NCBI GenBank assembly: GCA_029571005.1
Contig: JAKPTG010000115.1
Span: 1 to 62,530 of the forward strand
Reading direction: 5' to 3'
DNA length: 62,530 nt
Source: Candidatus Fermentibacterota bacterium
Lineage (GTDB): Bacteria; Fermentibacterota; Fermentibacteria; Fermentibacterales; JCC-6
The first letter of the stretch is position 1, and every line of letters starts with the position of its first letter. Shown here in pieces: positions 54,288 to 62,530 of this stretch. Position numbers and translations under genes: made by a program. Under the pieces are notes generated by a model. That model saw nothing but the letters and a program-made list of their open reading frames with translations, searched no databases and was not told the origin of the DNA.

Positions 54288-55595
54288 GTGAAAGGAGTGT
54301 CATCCTTGATTACCGCCCTGGTTCTGATCGGCATGGCGAGTCTGGACCTGCAAGGCCACGTCCTCCCGAACGGGCTGGAAGTGTTCACCCTGCACGATCC
54401 ATCGTCTCCCGTGGTCACCATCTGCATCGCCGTGAAAACCGGCGCCACGTGCGAGACCAAGGAGACCAACGGCCTGGCGCACTTCTACGAACACATGTTC
54501 TTCAAGGGCAACGCCGTTCTGCCGGATCAGACCGCCTACAACGAGAGGCTGCGTTCCCTCGGCATCATCAGGAACGGAGCCACCTCCGATGAGGTGGTGA
54601 AGTACTACATAACCCTGGGAAGCCATCGCTTCCAGGAGGGGATGGAGTTCATGAGGGACGCCATGCTCACCCCCCTCTTCGATCCCGTCGAGATGGAAAG
54701 GGAAAGGTCGGTGATCAGTGACGAGTACCTGCGGAGCTCCTCCTCCCCCTGGTGGGATTTCTGGCAGGCGATGGAGAACACCCTTTTCCCGGAACCCTGG
54801 AGGAAGAGCGCCATCGGCACCCTGGAGGTTATCCGGTCCGCATCCCCGGAGGCCATGTACAGGTTCCGTGAACTCTACTACAGCCCGGACAATTCGGCCC
54901 TGTTCATCGTCGGTGACGTTACGCGGGACTCGGCGCTGAGCGCCGCCGGGACGTACTTCGGTGAATGGGAACCCGGGGGCCGGAGCGACTACGATTCCCT
55001 GCCCCCGGCGATCAGGATAGCCCGGGACACCACGGTCACCGTCCAGGGTCCTCCGGGGGTGGGCTGTATCCGGGTCGTCCTTCAGGGACCCACCATGCTG
55101 TCCGACCGGGAAAGCACCTATGCCGGTGATGTCTGGGGCGCCTACCTGGAACTCGCCAGCCGCAGGTTTCAGCGGAACCTGGTGACCCATGGGCCCTTCA
55201 CGGAGGTTTACGGTGGGTACGTGACCCGGCGTTTTTCTCCCATGATCACCTTCGACGGAGTGATCGAGCCCGAACTGATGGAGGAGGGGCTCGACCTCCT
55301 GAACAGGGAGATAGAGGCCATGACCCGGGACGACTACTTCGATCCCGAGGGGGTGGAGATGGCCGCCACCCGTCTGCGCCGGGAGAGGCTTCTGGCCGGG
55401 GAATCCTCCCGGGACCTGGCGGTGGCGAGCCTGCCCTTCTGGTGGGTCCAGGGCAACGGAATCGAGTACTACCTGACCTACGAGGAAGGTATCGCCGGGG
55501 TGGAGCCCGGGATGATCGGGGACTTCGTCGAGGAATACATCGCCGGGAAACCCAGGGCGGTGTTCCTTGTGACCCCGGAAGGAGGATCGAGGTGA
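54288..55595 (+). CDS. M16 (pitrilysin-family) zinc peptidase, active subunit
   Basis: HFYEHMFFKG is the inverted HxxEH zinc motif. Has an N-terminal signal-like segment. Start is GTG at 54288 or 54297. Confidence 0.85.
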   Translation: MKGVSSLITALVLIGMASLDLQGHVLPNGLEVFTLHDPSSPVVTICIAVKTGATCETKETNGLAHFYEHMFFKGNAVLPDQTAYNERLRSLGIIRNGATSDEVVKYYITLGSHRFQEGMEFMRDAMLTPLFDPVEMERERSVISDEYLRSSSSPWWDFWQAMENTLFPEPWRKSAIGTLEVIRSASPEAMYRFRELYYSPDNSALFIVGDVTRDSALSAAGTYFGEWEPGGRSDYDSLPPAIRIARDTTVTVQGPPGVGCIRVVLQGPTMLSDRESTYAGDVWGAYLELASRRFQRNLVTHGPFTEVYGGYVTRRFSPMITFDGVIEPELMEEGLDLLNREIEAMTRDDYFDPEGVEMAATRLRRERLLAGESSRDLAVASLPFWWVQGNGIEYYLTYEEGIAGVEPGMIGDFVEEYIAGKPRAVFLVTPEGGSR

Positions 55596-57133
55596 CCACG
55601 CTTCTGGCCCTTGTCCTGGCTGCGGCCGTAATCCCGGATGTGTCCTCCTTCACGCTGGACAACGGTATTCCGGTGATAACCCGCACCGTCCCCGGTGATG
55701 TGGAGGGGCTGTCGGTGTTCATCCTTGGCGGAACCAGGGTGCGCACCCCGGAAGACCAGGGCATGGAGGCTCTGGCCCTGGAGGCGGCCATGGCCGGGGG
55801 CGGCGAATTTCCCGGCGAGAGATGGCGGGAGGTGATGGACAGGACCCGGGCCGAACTCACGGGGAATTACAACTACGACTTCAGCAGGCTTCACCTCCGG
55901 TGCCTGTCCGAGGACCTGTCCCTGCTGGCCCTGGGGCTGGCCCGGTGCCTGGGCGATCCTGAACTTTCACCCGAATCGGTTCAGAGGGTGAAGAGGCAGG
56001 CGCTGGCAAACCTGCGCCTGGAGGCCGCGGATCCCGACGACAGGGTCTGGCTGGTGTGCAACGAGGGCTTCATGCCCCCAGGCCACCCCTACCTTCTTCG
56101 GCCCGACGGCACTCTGGAATCGGTGGAACCGGTGACTTCGGAAGACATGAGGCGGCTTCTGGAGCGCAGGGTGCGGGCGGGCAACATTCTGATAACCCAT
56201 GCGGGGCCGACGGAACCGGATTCGCTGAAGCAGCTTCTGGAGCTTTCCTTCGGAAAGTTGCCCGGAGGAGCCGACTCCATTCCCCCGGTTCCTCCCCTGC
56301 GCTGCCCCATGGACACCATGACGGTGCGGGAGATGAACGCCACCACCACCTACGCCGTGGTGAAGTTCGACGCCCCCCCCGCGGGTCACCCGGACCAGCC
56401 GGCGTACCAGGCGGCCATGATGGCCGTTGACGAACTGCTCTGGCAGGTGCTGCGGACGGACAGCGCCCTGACCTATTCCGCCGGAGCGGGGGTCACCACG
56501 ACGTACGAGGAAAACTGGGGGTTCATGTACGTCTCCACATCGGAGCCCGCCAGGGCCTGTCGTCTCATGGCGGAAGTCCTGGCGGGGGTTTCCCGGGGTG
56601 AAATCCCCGATGAGCTGCTTCGGGGGGTGGTCAACACCCAGGTGACCCTGGACGGGATTCGGGCCCAGAGCATGGACACCCATTGCTGGCTTACCGGGGC
56701 GGGAATGATCGCCACCGGCCTGTGGAACTCCCTTTACGACGCCCAGGAGCGGTTCGGCCGCATCACCCCCGAAGAGGCGGCCTCCGCCCTTCGGCGGTGG
56801 GTGGGCGCCGCCGCCTGGGGCTTCACGGTGGAAGACCGGGACGACCTGGGGATTCCCGAAGCGATTCCGCTGGGGGTGCACCCGATGGACGGTGAAGGGA
56901 TGGTCGTTCTTTCGGGTCCCCTCGAAGTTCTGCTGCCGGAAACCCGCTCGGAAACACTGGTACTCACCGATGTTTCCACCGGAGGCATCTACGCCCTGAC
57001 CGGGGACCTTGCCCGGCGCCTGATTGTGGAGGGCGCCGGTGAGGCTTCCATCCGGGGCCGTCTCAGCCGGGAGGGGTGGTCCGTCAAGGAGGAACTCCCC
57101 AGGATACTTGTGGTGGAAACCGTGGGGCGGTGA
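55592..57133 (+). CDS. M16-family peptidase-like protein, non-catalytic partner (no HxxEH)
   Basis: GTGA overlap with the upstream gene and RBS GGAAGGAGGA. M16 fold pattern without the zinc motif, plus roughly 90 aa of C-terminal extension. Confidence 0.78.
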   Translation: MTTLLALVLAAAVIPDVSSFTLDNGIPVITRTVPGDVEGLSVFILGGTRVRTPEDQGMEALALEAAMAGGGEFPGERWREVMDRTRAELTGNYNYDFSRLHLRCLSEDLSLLALGLARCLGDPELSPESVQRVKRQALANLRLEAADPDDRVWLVCNEGFMPPGHPYLLRPDGTLESVEPVTSEDMRRLLERRVRAGNILITHAGPTEPDSLKQLLELSFGKLPGGADSIPPVPPLRCPMDTMTVREMNATTTYAVVKFDAPPAGHPDQPAYQAAMMAVDELLWQVLRTDSALTYSAGAGVTTTYEENWGFMYVSTSEPARACRLMAEVLAGVSRGEIPDELLRGVVNTQVTLDGIRAQSMDTHCWLTGAGMIATGLWNSLYDAQERFGRITPEEAASALRRWVGAAAWGFTVEDRDDLGIPEAIPLGVHPMDGEGMVVLSGPLEVLLPETRSETLVLTDVSTGGIYALTGDLARRLIVEGAGEASIRGRLSREGWSVKEELPRILVVETVGR

Positions 57134-57262
57134 GCCTGGAGCGCCGATCCGAAGCGGTGGGAGGACGGTATGCGGCCCTTTCCCGGGTGACGGAACTCCG
57201 GGATGCCTTGGCGATCATCGGCCGGGAGGGCGTGTCGGAACGGGCGGGGAAGGAGGCGGACC

Positions 57263-57487
57263 GTGGGGACCGCTAAACTGGTTCTGACTCTGGTTCTGGC
57301 GGTTTTGATCGCGACGGTTGCGTTGCAGAACACCGGAAGGGTGGAGGCCAGGTTTCTATGGCTCCGGGCCGAAACCCCGATCGTCGTCATTCTGCTGGTG
57401 ACCTCCGCTGCGGGTTTCGTCATGGGGGTGCTGGTGTCGTTGCTCTTCGGCCGGAATCGTCGTCGGCGGGCCCGGGAAACCGGCTGA
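57263..57487 (+). CDS. LapA-domain (DUF1049) small inner-membrane protein
   Basis: GTG lies 5 nt after GGAAGGAGG. LVLAVLIATVALQNTGRVEARFLW...PIVVILLVTSAAGFVMGVLVSLL is the typical LapA_dom pattern. Confidence 0.68.
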   Translation: MGTAKLVLTLVLAVLIATVALQNTGRVEARFLWLRAETPIVVILLVTSAAGFVMGVLVSLLFGRNRRRRARETG

Positions 57488-57565
57488 TCCACCCAGACGG
57501 CTTGCGGGGAAAACACCTCCGCGGTCATATTCGAGGCTCCATTTACCGTCCGGAATGAGGTTCCC

Positions 57566-59350
57566 ATGCCGCACCAAAGCGGGGAAAAAACCGACAGGTC
57601 GAGCCTGAGGCTGATCTACGCCAGGCTGTTCAGCCACAGGAAAGCCCTCTTTTTAGGGATCCTGGCGCTGATAGGCGTTGACGGGCTTCAACTTGTGGTG
57701 CCAAAGGTGTTCCAGCGGGTGATAGACGCCCTTGCCTCCGGAAACGTTGACTCCGATCTGATCTGGCAAATGGGCGCCGTCATAATGGCGGTCACCCTGG
57801 GAATGGCGGTGTGCCGGTTTTTCTGGCGGTGGTTCATAGTGGGCACCAGCCACAGGATAGACCGGGACCTGCGGAGCGAGTTCTACGACCATCTTCAGAA
57901 GCTGCCGGCGGAGTTTTTCGACGGGATCAAGGTCGGGGACGTGATGGCCCACGCCACCAACGACATCAACGCGGTCCGGATGGCCTGCGGCATGGCCACC
58001 ATCGCCAGTTTCGACGCCGTCTTCATGGGCACCGCCAGCATAGTGATGCTCATAACGATAAACTGGCGGCTCGCACTGGTGACCATGATCCCGCTGCCCC
58101 TCATCGCCCTTCTGGTAACCCGGTTCTCGGGGATAATCCACGACCGGTTCGAAGCGGTGCAGAAGGCTTTCAGCGACCTGTCCGAAAAGGCCCAGGAAGC
58201 CTTCAGCGGTATCCGGGTGATCAAGGCGTACGGCGACGAGGAGTCGGAGAACCGGCTCTTCGACGATAAGGCGAAGCTCAACCTCGACCAGAACATCAGA
58301 CTCGCCCGGGTGGGGGGGTTCTTCCAGCCCCTGGTTTCCTCCCTGGCTCTGGCCGGAAGCGCGATACTGCTGGCCGCCGGCGGCCGGATGATAATCGGCG
58401 GCTCCATAAGCCTGGGGCAGTTCGTGGCCTTCAGCAGCTACCTGGCCATGCTCACCTGGCCGATGATGGCGATAGGGTTCGTGGTCAACATGCTCCAGAG
58501 GGGCGCCGCCAGCATGAGCAGGCTGATGCGGATCATAAACACGGTTCCCGCCATCGCCGACGGGGACGATCCTTCTTCGCCCGAGCCCTTCATAGAGGTG
58601 AAAAACCTCACCTTCGCGTACCCTGAAACCTCGGTCGAGGTGCTTTCCGGCGTGACCTTCTCTCTGGAGAAGGGGCGTACCCTGGGCATCGTCGGGCGCA
58701 CCGGCAGCGGCAAGACCACCCTGGTGGAGCTGCTGATGAGGCTCTACGATCCCCCTCCGGGCACCGTTTTCCTCGGCGGAAAGGACGTGAGGCGCCTCAG
58801 GCTCGGGAATCTGAGGAAGCTGTTCGGTTACGTGCCCCAGGAGACCTTCCTGTTCGCCATGACCATAGCCGAGAACATCGCCTTCGGGGCCGGCGATGTA
58901 CCGCCCGAACGGATCCGTGAATTGGCGGAGGCCGTTGACATCGCCGGGGAGATAGACGGTTTTTCCCAGGGGATGGATACGGTGGTGGGTGAGAGGGGAG
59001 TCACCCTTTCCGGAGGCCAGAAGCAGCGGATAGCCATAGCCCGGGCTCTGGCGATGAACCCCGGGGTGCTTGTGCTGGACGACAGCCTGAGTTCCGTAGA
59101 TACGGAGACCGAAGACGCGATCCTGAAGGCCGTCAAGCGGATGACCCGGGACATCACGACCATCATCATCGCCCACCGCATCAGCACGGTGCAGCACGCC
59201 GACCTGATCCTGGTGATGGACGGCGGCAGGGTGGTGGAGCAGGGTACCCACGATGACCTGTTTTCCAGGGGAGGCCGCTATACGGAACTCTACCGTATGC
59301 AGCAGCTCGAGGCCGAAGCCGGCGGGAGCCGGCGGAAGGGTGATTCCTGA
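57566..59350 (+). CDS. ABC exporter, fused permease/ATPase half-transporter
   Basis: Six-TM exporter domain, then Walker A GRTGSGKTT, signature LSGGQKQR and Walker B VLVLDD. Confidence 0.9.
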   Translation: MPHQSGEKTDRSSLRLIYARLFSHRKALFLGILALIGVDGLQLVVPKVFQRVIDALASGNVDSDLIWQMGAVIMAVTLGMAVCRFFWRWFIVGTSHRIDRDLRSEFYDHLQKLPAEFFDGIKVGDVMAHATNDINAVRMACGMATIASFDAVFMGTASIVMLITINWRLALVTMIPLPLIALLVTRFSGIIHDRFEAVQKAFSDLSEKAQEAFSGIRVIKAYGDEESENRLFDDKAKLNLDQNIRLARVGGFFQPLVSSLALAGSAILLAAGGRMIIGGSISLGQFVAFSSYLAMLTWPMMAIGFVVNMLQRGAASMSRLMRIINTVPAIADGDDPSSPEPFIEVKNLTFAYPETSVEVLSGVTFSLEKGRTLGIVGRTGSGKTTLVELLMRLYDPPPGTVFLGGKDVRRLRLGNLRKLFGYVPQETFLFAMTIAENIAFGAGDVPPERIRELAEAVDIAGEIDGFSQGMDTVVGERGVTLSGGQKQRIAIARALAMNPGVLVLDDSLSSVDTETEDAILKAVKRMTRDITTIIIAHRISTVQHADLILVMDGGRVVEQGTHDDLFSRGGRYTELYRMQQLEAEAGGSRRKGDS

Positions 59351-61464
59351 TGCCCCCCCGCGGCAACCCCTTCATGGACGACGCCCTGGAGGGAAAGGCC
59401 TACGACGGCGTCCTGGTGAAGCGCCTCCTGGGCTTCGTCAAGCCCCACAGGAAACTGATCTTCATCGCCCTGGCCCTGATGCTGGTCTCCTCCGCGGTGG
59501 ATCTGCTTCTGCCCTACATCACCAAGACCGCCATAGACAGGTATCTCGCAAAGCTCTACCACATCTATTCCGGAACCCCGGCCCTGTGCGACTCGGTGGC
59601 CGCCCTTGGCCGCAGCGAAGGGGATTTCATCCGGGTGAACCCCGACACGGTGCTGGTGAGGAAGGCGTTCCTGGACAGGCGGGACCCGGGGCTGGCCCGG
59701 CTCCTGAGGGATCCCGGCCTTACAAGGGACACCTACTACGTTTTCGGCGCCGACCTGAGGACCGGAGATGCGGGATTCACCGCCGGACGGTGGTGGCTGG
59801 TGCGGGAAACCGACCTGCGGAAGGTCCCCCCCGGGGTGCTTTTCAGGCTCCGCGGCGACGATCTCCGGGGGGTGTACGGCTTGTCCTGGATTCTTGGAGG
59901 GCTGATCCTGGTCAGCCTGCTGTGCGGCTACGGCCATGTGATGACCCTGGTTGTAGCCGGCCAGAGATCAATGTACGACCTGAGGAGCAAGCTGTTCCGG
60001 CACATTCAGACCCTGAGCCTGGACTTCTTCACGGCGAACCCCACCGGACGGCTCGTGACCCGGGTCGCCAACGACATAGAAGCCCTCAACGAAATGTTGA
60101 GTTCGGTGCTGGTGAACTCCTTCAAAGACATTCTCCTGCTGCTGGGCACGGCGGTGATCCTGTTCTTCCTGAACTGGCGTCTCGCCCTGCTGTCGCTGCT
60201 GGTGATGCCGCTGTTCACGCTGGTGTTGGTATTCTTCAGAAGGCTGACCCGGAAGGCCTACCGGGATGTGAGGAAGTACCTGGCCGGGCTGAACTCCCAC
60301 CTGGCGGAGGACCTGAGCGGGGTGAAGGTGGTCCAGGTTTTCCGTCAGGAGGGGGCCAGAAGGGCACTGTTCAGGGGCATCAACGATAACTATTTCAAGG
60401 CCAACATGAAGCAGTTGGTGCTTTTCGGCGTGTTCCGCCCCACGATCGAGGTGATAGCCCAGCTGGGAACCACCATCGTGCTGGTTTACGGAGGGCTGAA
60501 CGTGATGCAGGGAACCCTGACCCTGGGCGCCCTGGTGGCGTTTCTCAGCTACGTGCGGCAGATGTTCCGCCCCCTGCAGGATATGAGCGAGAAGTACAAC
60601 ATCATGCAGAGCGCCATGGCCTCCAGCGAGCGGGTGTTCGGCATCCTGGACACGGTTCCCGCCATAGGCGACCGCCCCGGCGTCCTCCCCCCTTCGGACC
60701 TCCGGGGGCGGGTGGAGTTCCGGGACGTCACCTTCGGGTACAACCCCGACCGGACGGTGCTGGAGGATGTGAACTTCACCGTGGAGCCCGGGTCCAGCGT
60801 AGCCCTGGTTGGCCCCACCGGGGCGGGGAAGACGACGGTCATCAGTCTGCTGACCAGGTTCTGGGAACCGGCTTCCGGGGAGATACTGCTGGACGGCACC
60901 GATATCAGGCGACACTCCGTGGAAACCCTGCGGAGAAACATCTCCATCGTCCTCCAGGATGCCTTCATCTTCAGCAGGAGCGTGGCGGACAACATCAGGC
61001 TGGGGTCGGACATAGGAATGGACAGGGTAAGGGAGGCCGCGGAGATGGTCCAGGCCGCGGACTTCATCGAGAAGCTTCCCCGGGGTTACGACACGGTCAT
61101 GGCGGAGAGGGGGGCCACCCTGTCCACGGGCCAGAAACAGCTTATCTGCTTCGCCCGGGCCCTGGCCCACGACCCCAGGGTCCTGGTGCTGGACGAGGCC
61201 ACCAGCAATGTGGACCCCACCACCGAGAAGCTGATCCGGAAGGCCATCGAGGTGCTGATGAGGGGGCGGACCAGCCTGATCGTGGCCCACAGGCTGAGCA
61301 CCATTCAGCAGTGCCGGGACATCCTTGTGTTCGACAACGGACGGATTATGGAAAGGGGCAGCCACCAGGAGCTTCTTGCCGCCAGGGGAATATACTACAA
61401 CCTGTACCTTCTCCAGTGGGGAAGGATGAACAACGACGAGGAAGGAGAACCCTTTGGGAAGTAG
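59350..61464 (+). CDS. ABC exporter half-transporter with an enlarged first extracytoplasmic loop
   Basis: Start shares 1 nt with the upstream gene stop (TGATG). Walker A GPTGAGKTT, signature LSTGQKQL and Walker B VLVLDE. About 125 aa lie between TM1 and TM2. Confidence 0.9.
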   Translation: MPPRGNPFMDDALEGKAYDGVLVKRLLGFVKPHRKLIFIALALMLVSSAVDLLLPYITKTAIDRYLAKLYHIYSGTPALCDSVAALGRSEGDFIRVNPDTVLVRKAFLDRRDPGLARLLRDPGLTRDTYYVFGADLRTGDAGFTAGRWWLVRETDLRKVPPGVLFRLRGDDLRGVYGLSWILGGLILVSLLCGYGHVMTLVVAGQRSMYDLRSKLFRHIQTLSLDFFTANPTGRLVTRVANDIEALNEMLSSVLVNSFKDILLLLGTAVILFFLNWRLALLSLLVMPLFTLVLVFFRRLTRKAYRDVRKYLAGLNSHLAEDLSGVKVVQVFRQEGARRALFRGINDNYFKANMKQLVLFGVFRPTIEVIAQLGTTIVLVYGGLNVMQGTLTLGALVAFLSYVRQMFRPLQDMSEKYNIMQSAMASSERVFGILDTVPAIGDRPGVLPPSDLRGRVEFRDVTFGYNPDRTVLEDVNFTVEPGSSVALVGPTGAGKTTVISLLTRFWEPASGEILLDGTDIRRHSVETLRRNISIVLQDAFIFSRSVADNIRLGSDIGMDRVREAAEMVQAADFIEKLPRGYDTVMAERGATLSTGQKQLICFARALAHDPRVLVLDEATSNVDPTTEKLIRKAIEVLMRGRTSLIVAHRLSTIQQCRDILVFDNGRIMERGSHQELLAARGIYYNLYLLQWGRMNNDEEGEPFGK

Positions 61465-61666
61465 GCTCAACCGGGGGTTTGCACCGGTTCCGGCCGCCGG
61501 GTGCGGATCCGGGAGTGCGGGTGCTCAGTCCCTTCGTCCCATCGGAGGCGGTGCTCCGGTGACGTTCTCCCGGGAGTGCGCCCCGGCTGCGCCGGGGGGA
61601 GCGGACGTCCGCCGCCGGCTCCCGGCTCCGGACGGTCTCCGGCCCCTTCCCTCGGGTCATGGAGCG

Positions 61667-62530
61667 GTGAAAGCCGCAGGAATCGGCCTCCTCCTGCTGT
61701 TTCTGGTGCTCGGATGCGGCAGGGACCCCATCGGTATCCAACCGGTTCCCCCCACCGCCTCCGTCCTTTACGCCGGGGTGAACCAGTCCGGCGACCGGGT
61801 GGAAGCCTCCTGGACCCGGTGCCCCGACGATGATTTCGAGAGCTACTCCCTATGGAGGTCGGAGACGCCGGGGATTTCCGGGAATCCCTCCCAGGCGGTG
61901 GCGGTTTTCTCGTCCATGAACCCTTTGCGCCTGACCTTCTCCGATGCCGATGTCCTTCCCGGGCGGACTCTCCATTACGCCCTGGAGACCAGAAACGCCT
62001 TCGGACTGAAGTCCTGGAGCAACGAGGTCTCCGTGACGATTCCCGAACCGGACCCCAAACTGTCCATCTTCTTCATAGATCCGACATGGGGGAGTCTCTC
62101 CGGGGATGCCATGCTGATCCGCACCCCGGACGGGCGGAACTACCTCGTGGACGGCGGAAGCTCATCGCCGGCATGGAGCTGCGGCACCGACGTGATAATC
62201 CCGCTGCTTGACAGCCTGGGAATAACCTTTCTGAACGGAATCGTGGCCACCCACCCCCATTCCGACCATATCGGCGGGCTGATCGACGTGCTGGGGCACG
62301 TCCCGGTGGGAAAGGTCTGGGACTGCGGCTGGCCGGGAGCCGCCGGCGCCACCTACGAACAGTTCCTGGAAGCGGTGTCCGCTTCCGGCGCCGAATACGT
62401 GGTCGCCCGCCGGGGAATGGAACTGGACTGGGGGCCGTCGCTCACGGTGAAGGTCCTCCATCCCACCTCCTTCCTGGGGAGCGGCAGCATGAACAACGCC
62501 TCCATCGTGCTGCGGGTGACCTTCGATCAG
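61667..62530 (+). CDS. Lipoprotein with an Fn3-like domain and an MBL-fold (ComEC C-terminal-like) metallo-hydrolase domain, 3'-truncated by the window edge
   Basis: Absent from the ORF track because it runs off the edge. GTG at 61667 gives VKAAGIGLLLLFLVLGC (lipobox), and later ATHPHSDHIGG (HxHxDH). The frame stays open to 62530. Confidence 0.75.
   Translation, partial: MKAAGIGLLLLFLVLGCGRDPIGIQPVPPTASVLYAGVNQSGDRVEASWTRCPDDDFESYSLWRSETPGISGNPSQAVAVFSSMNPLRLTFSDADVLPGRTLHYALETRNAFGLKSWSNEVSVTIPEPDPKLSIFFIDPTWGSLSGDAMLIRTPDGRNYLVDGGSSSPAWSCGTDVIIPLLDSLGITFLNGIVATHPHSDHIGGLIDVLGHVPVGKVWDCGWPGAAGATYEQFLEAVSASGAEYVVARRGMELDWGPSLTVKVLHPTSFLGSGSMNNASIVLRVTFDQ

Noticed and set aside
61465-61666. 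A small gene or repeat element in the 200-nt GC-rich spacer after the ABC exporter (CCGGGAGTGCG occurs twice).
   Set aside because: The only ORFs there are R/P/G-rich with no RBS. The 11-12 nt duplication is short for this base composition, and no terminator or known motif was recognised.

Overview
A 62.5 kb, strongly GC-rich and densely coding bacterial chromosomal segment (GC was judged by eye, not computed). It holds about 55 protein genes and 2 tRNAs, with no rRNA, CRISPR array, transposase or integrase. Gene content suggests an uncultivated fermentative bacterium, possibly in the FCB superphylum: buk/ptb, an adjacent PorY/PorX-type two-component pair, and an RRM RNA-binding protein. The phylum cannot be assigned from sequence alone.

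Most of the window is housekeeping, arranged in long co-directional strings with GTG/TTG starts and 1-26 nt overlaps:
- buk; aspS; aldolase with lysine aminotransferase.
- ptb-rpiB-wecB-transglutaminase-ribD-ribE-ribBA-ribH-nusB.
- A GT4 glycosyltransferase with a methyltransferase; a GNAT; a Lon-like protease; a pyruvyl transferase; nfo.
- xth followed by two unknown paralogues; a GT39 glycosyltransferase; ChaN; a Tim44/TerB protein.
- HK-porX-tsaE-tsaB-rimI::PNP-folC.
- tRNA-Val; tRNA(CAT)-tilS-hpt-ftsH-folE-folP-cdaA.
- An EIIA-fused permease; priA; an amidohydrolase; an M16 peptidase pair; a heterodimeric ABC exporter; an MBL lipoprotein.

The many very long ORFs lying antisense to these genes are GC-driven shadows.

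I found no compelling complete new multi-gene system. The most interesting unexplained items are:
1. A low-GC 2.3 kb insertion carrying a BglII-like M-R pair plus an orphan HicB, with no mobility gene.
2. A five-unit, 38-39 nt degenerate tandem array next to that insertion, which duplicates the priA stop region.
3. An xth-linked tandem pair of uncharacterised paralogues that share HEWGV / FLYYET / ALWNTW motifs.
4. A Tim44-ZnR-Tim44-ZnR-TerB membrane protein.
5. A RimI-purine nucleoside phosphorylase fusion inside the t6A gene cluster.
6. A tRNA(CAT) directly upstream of tilS.
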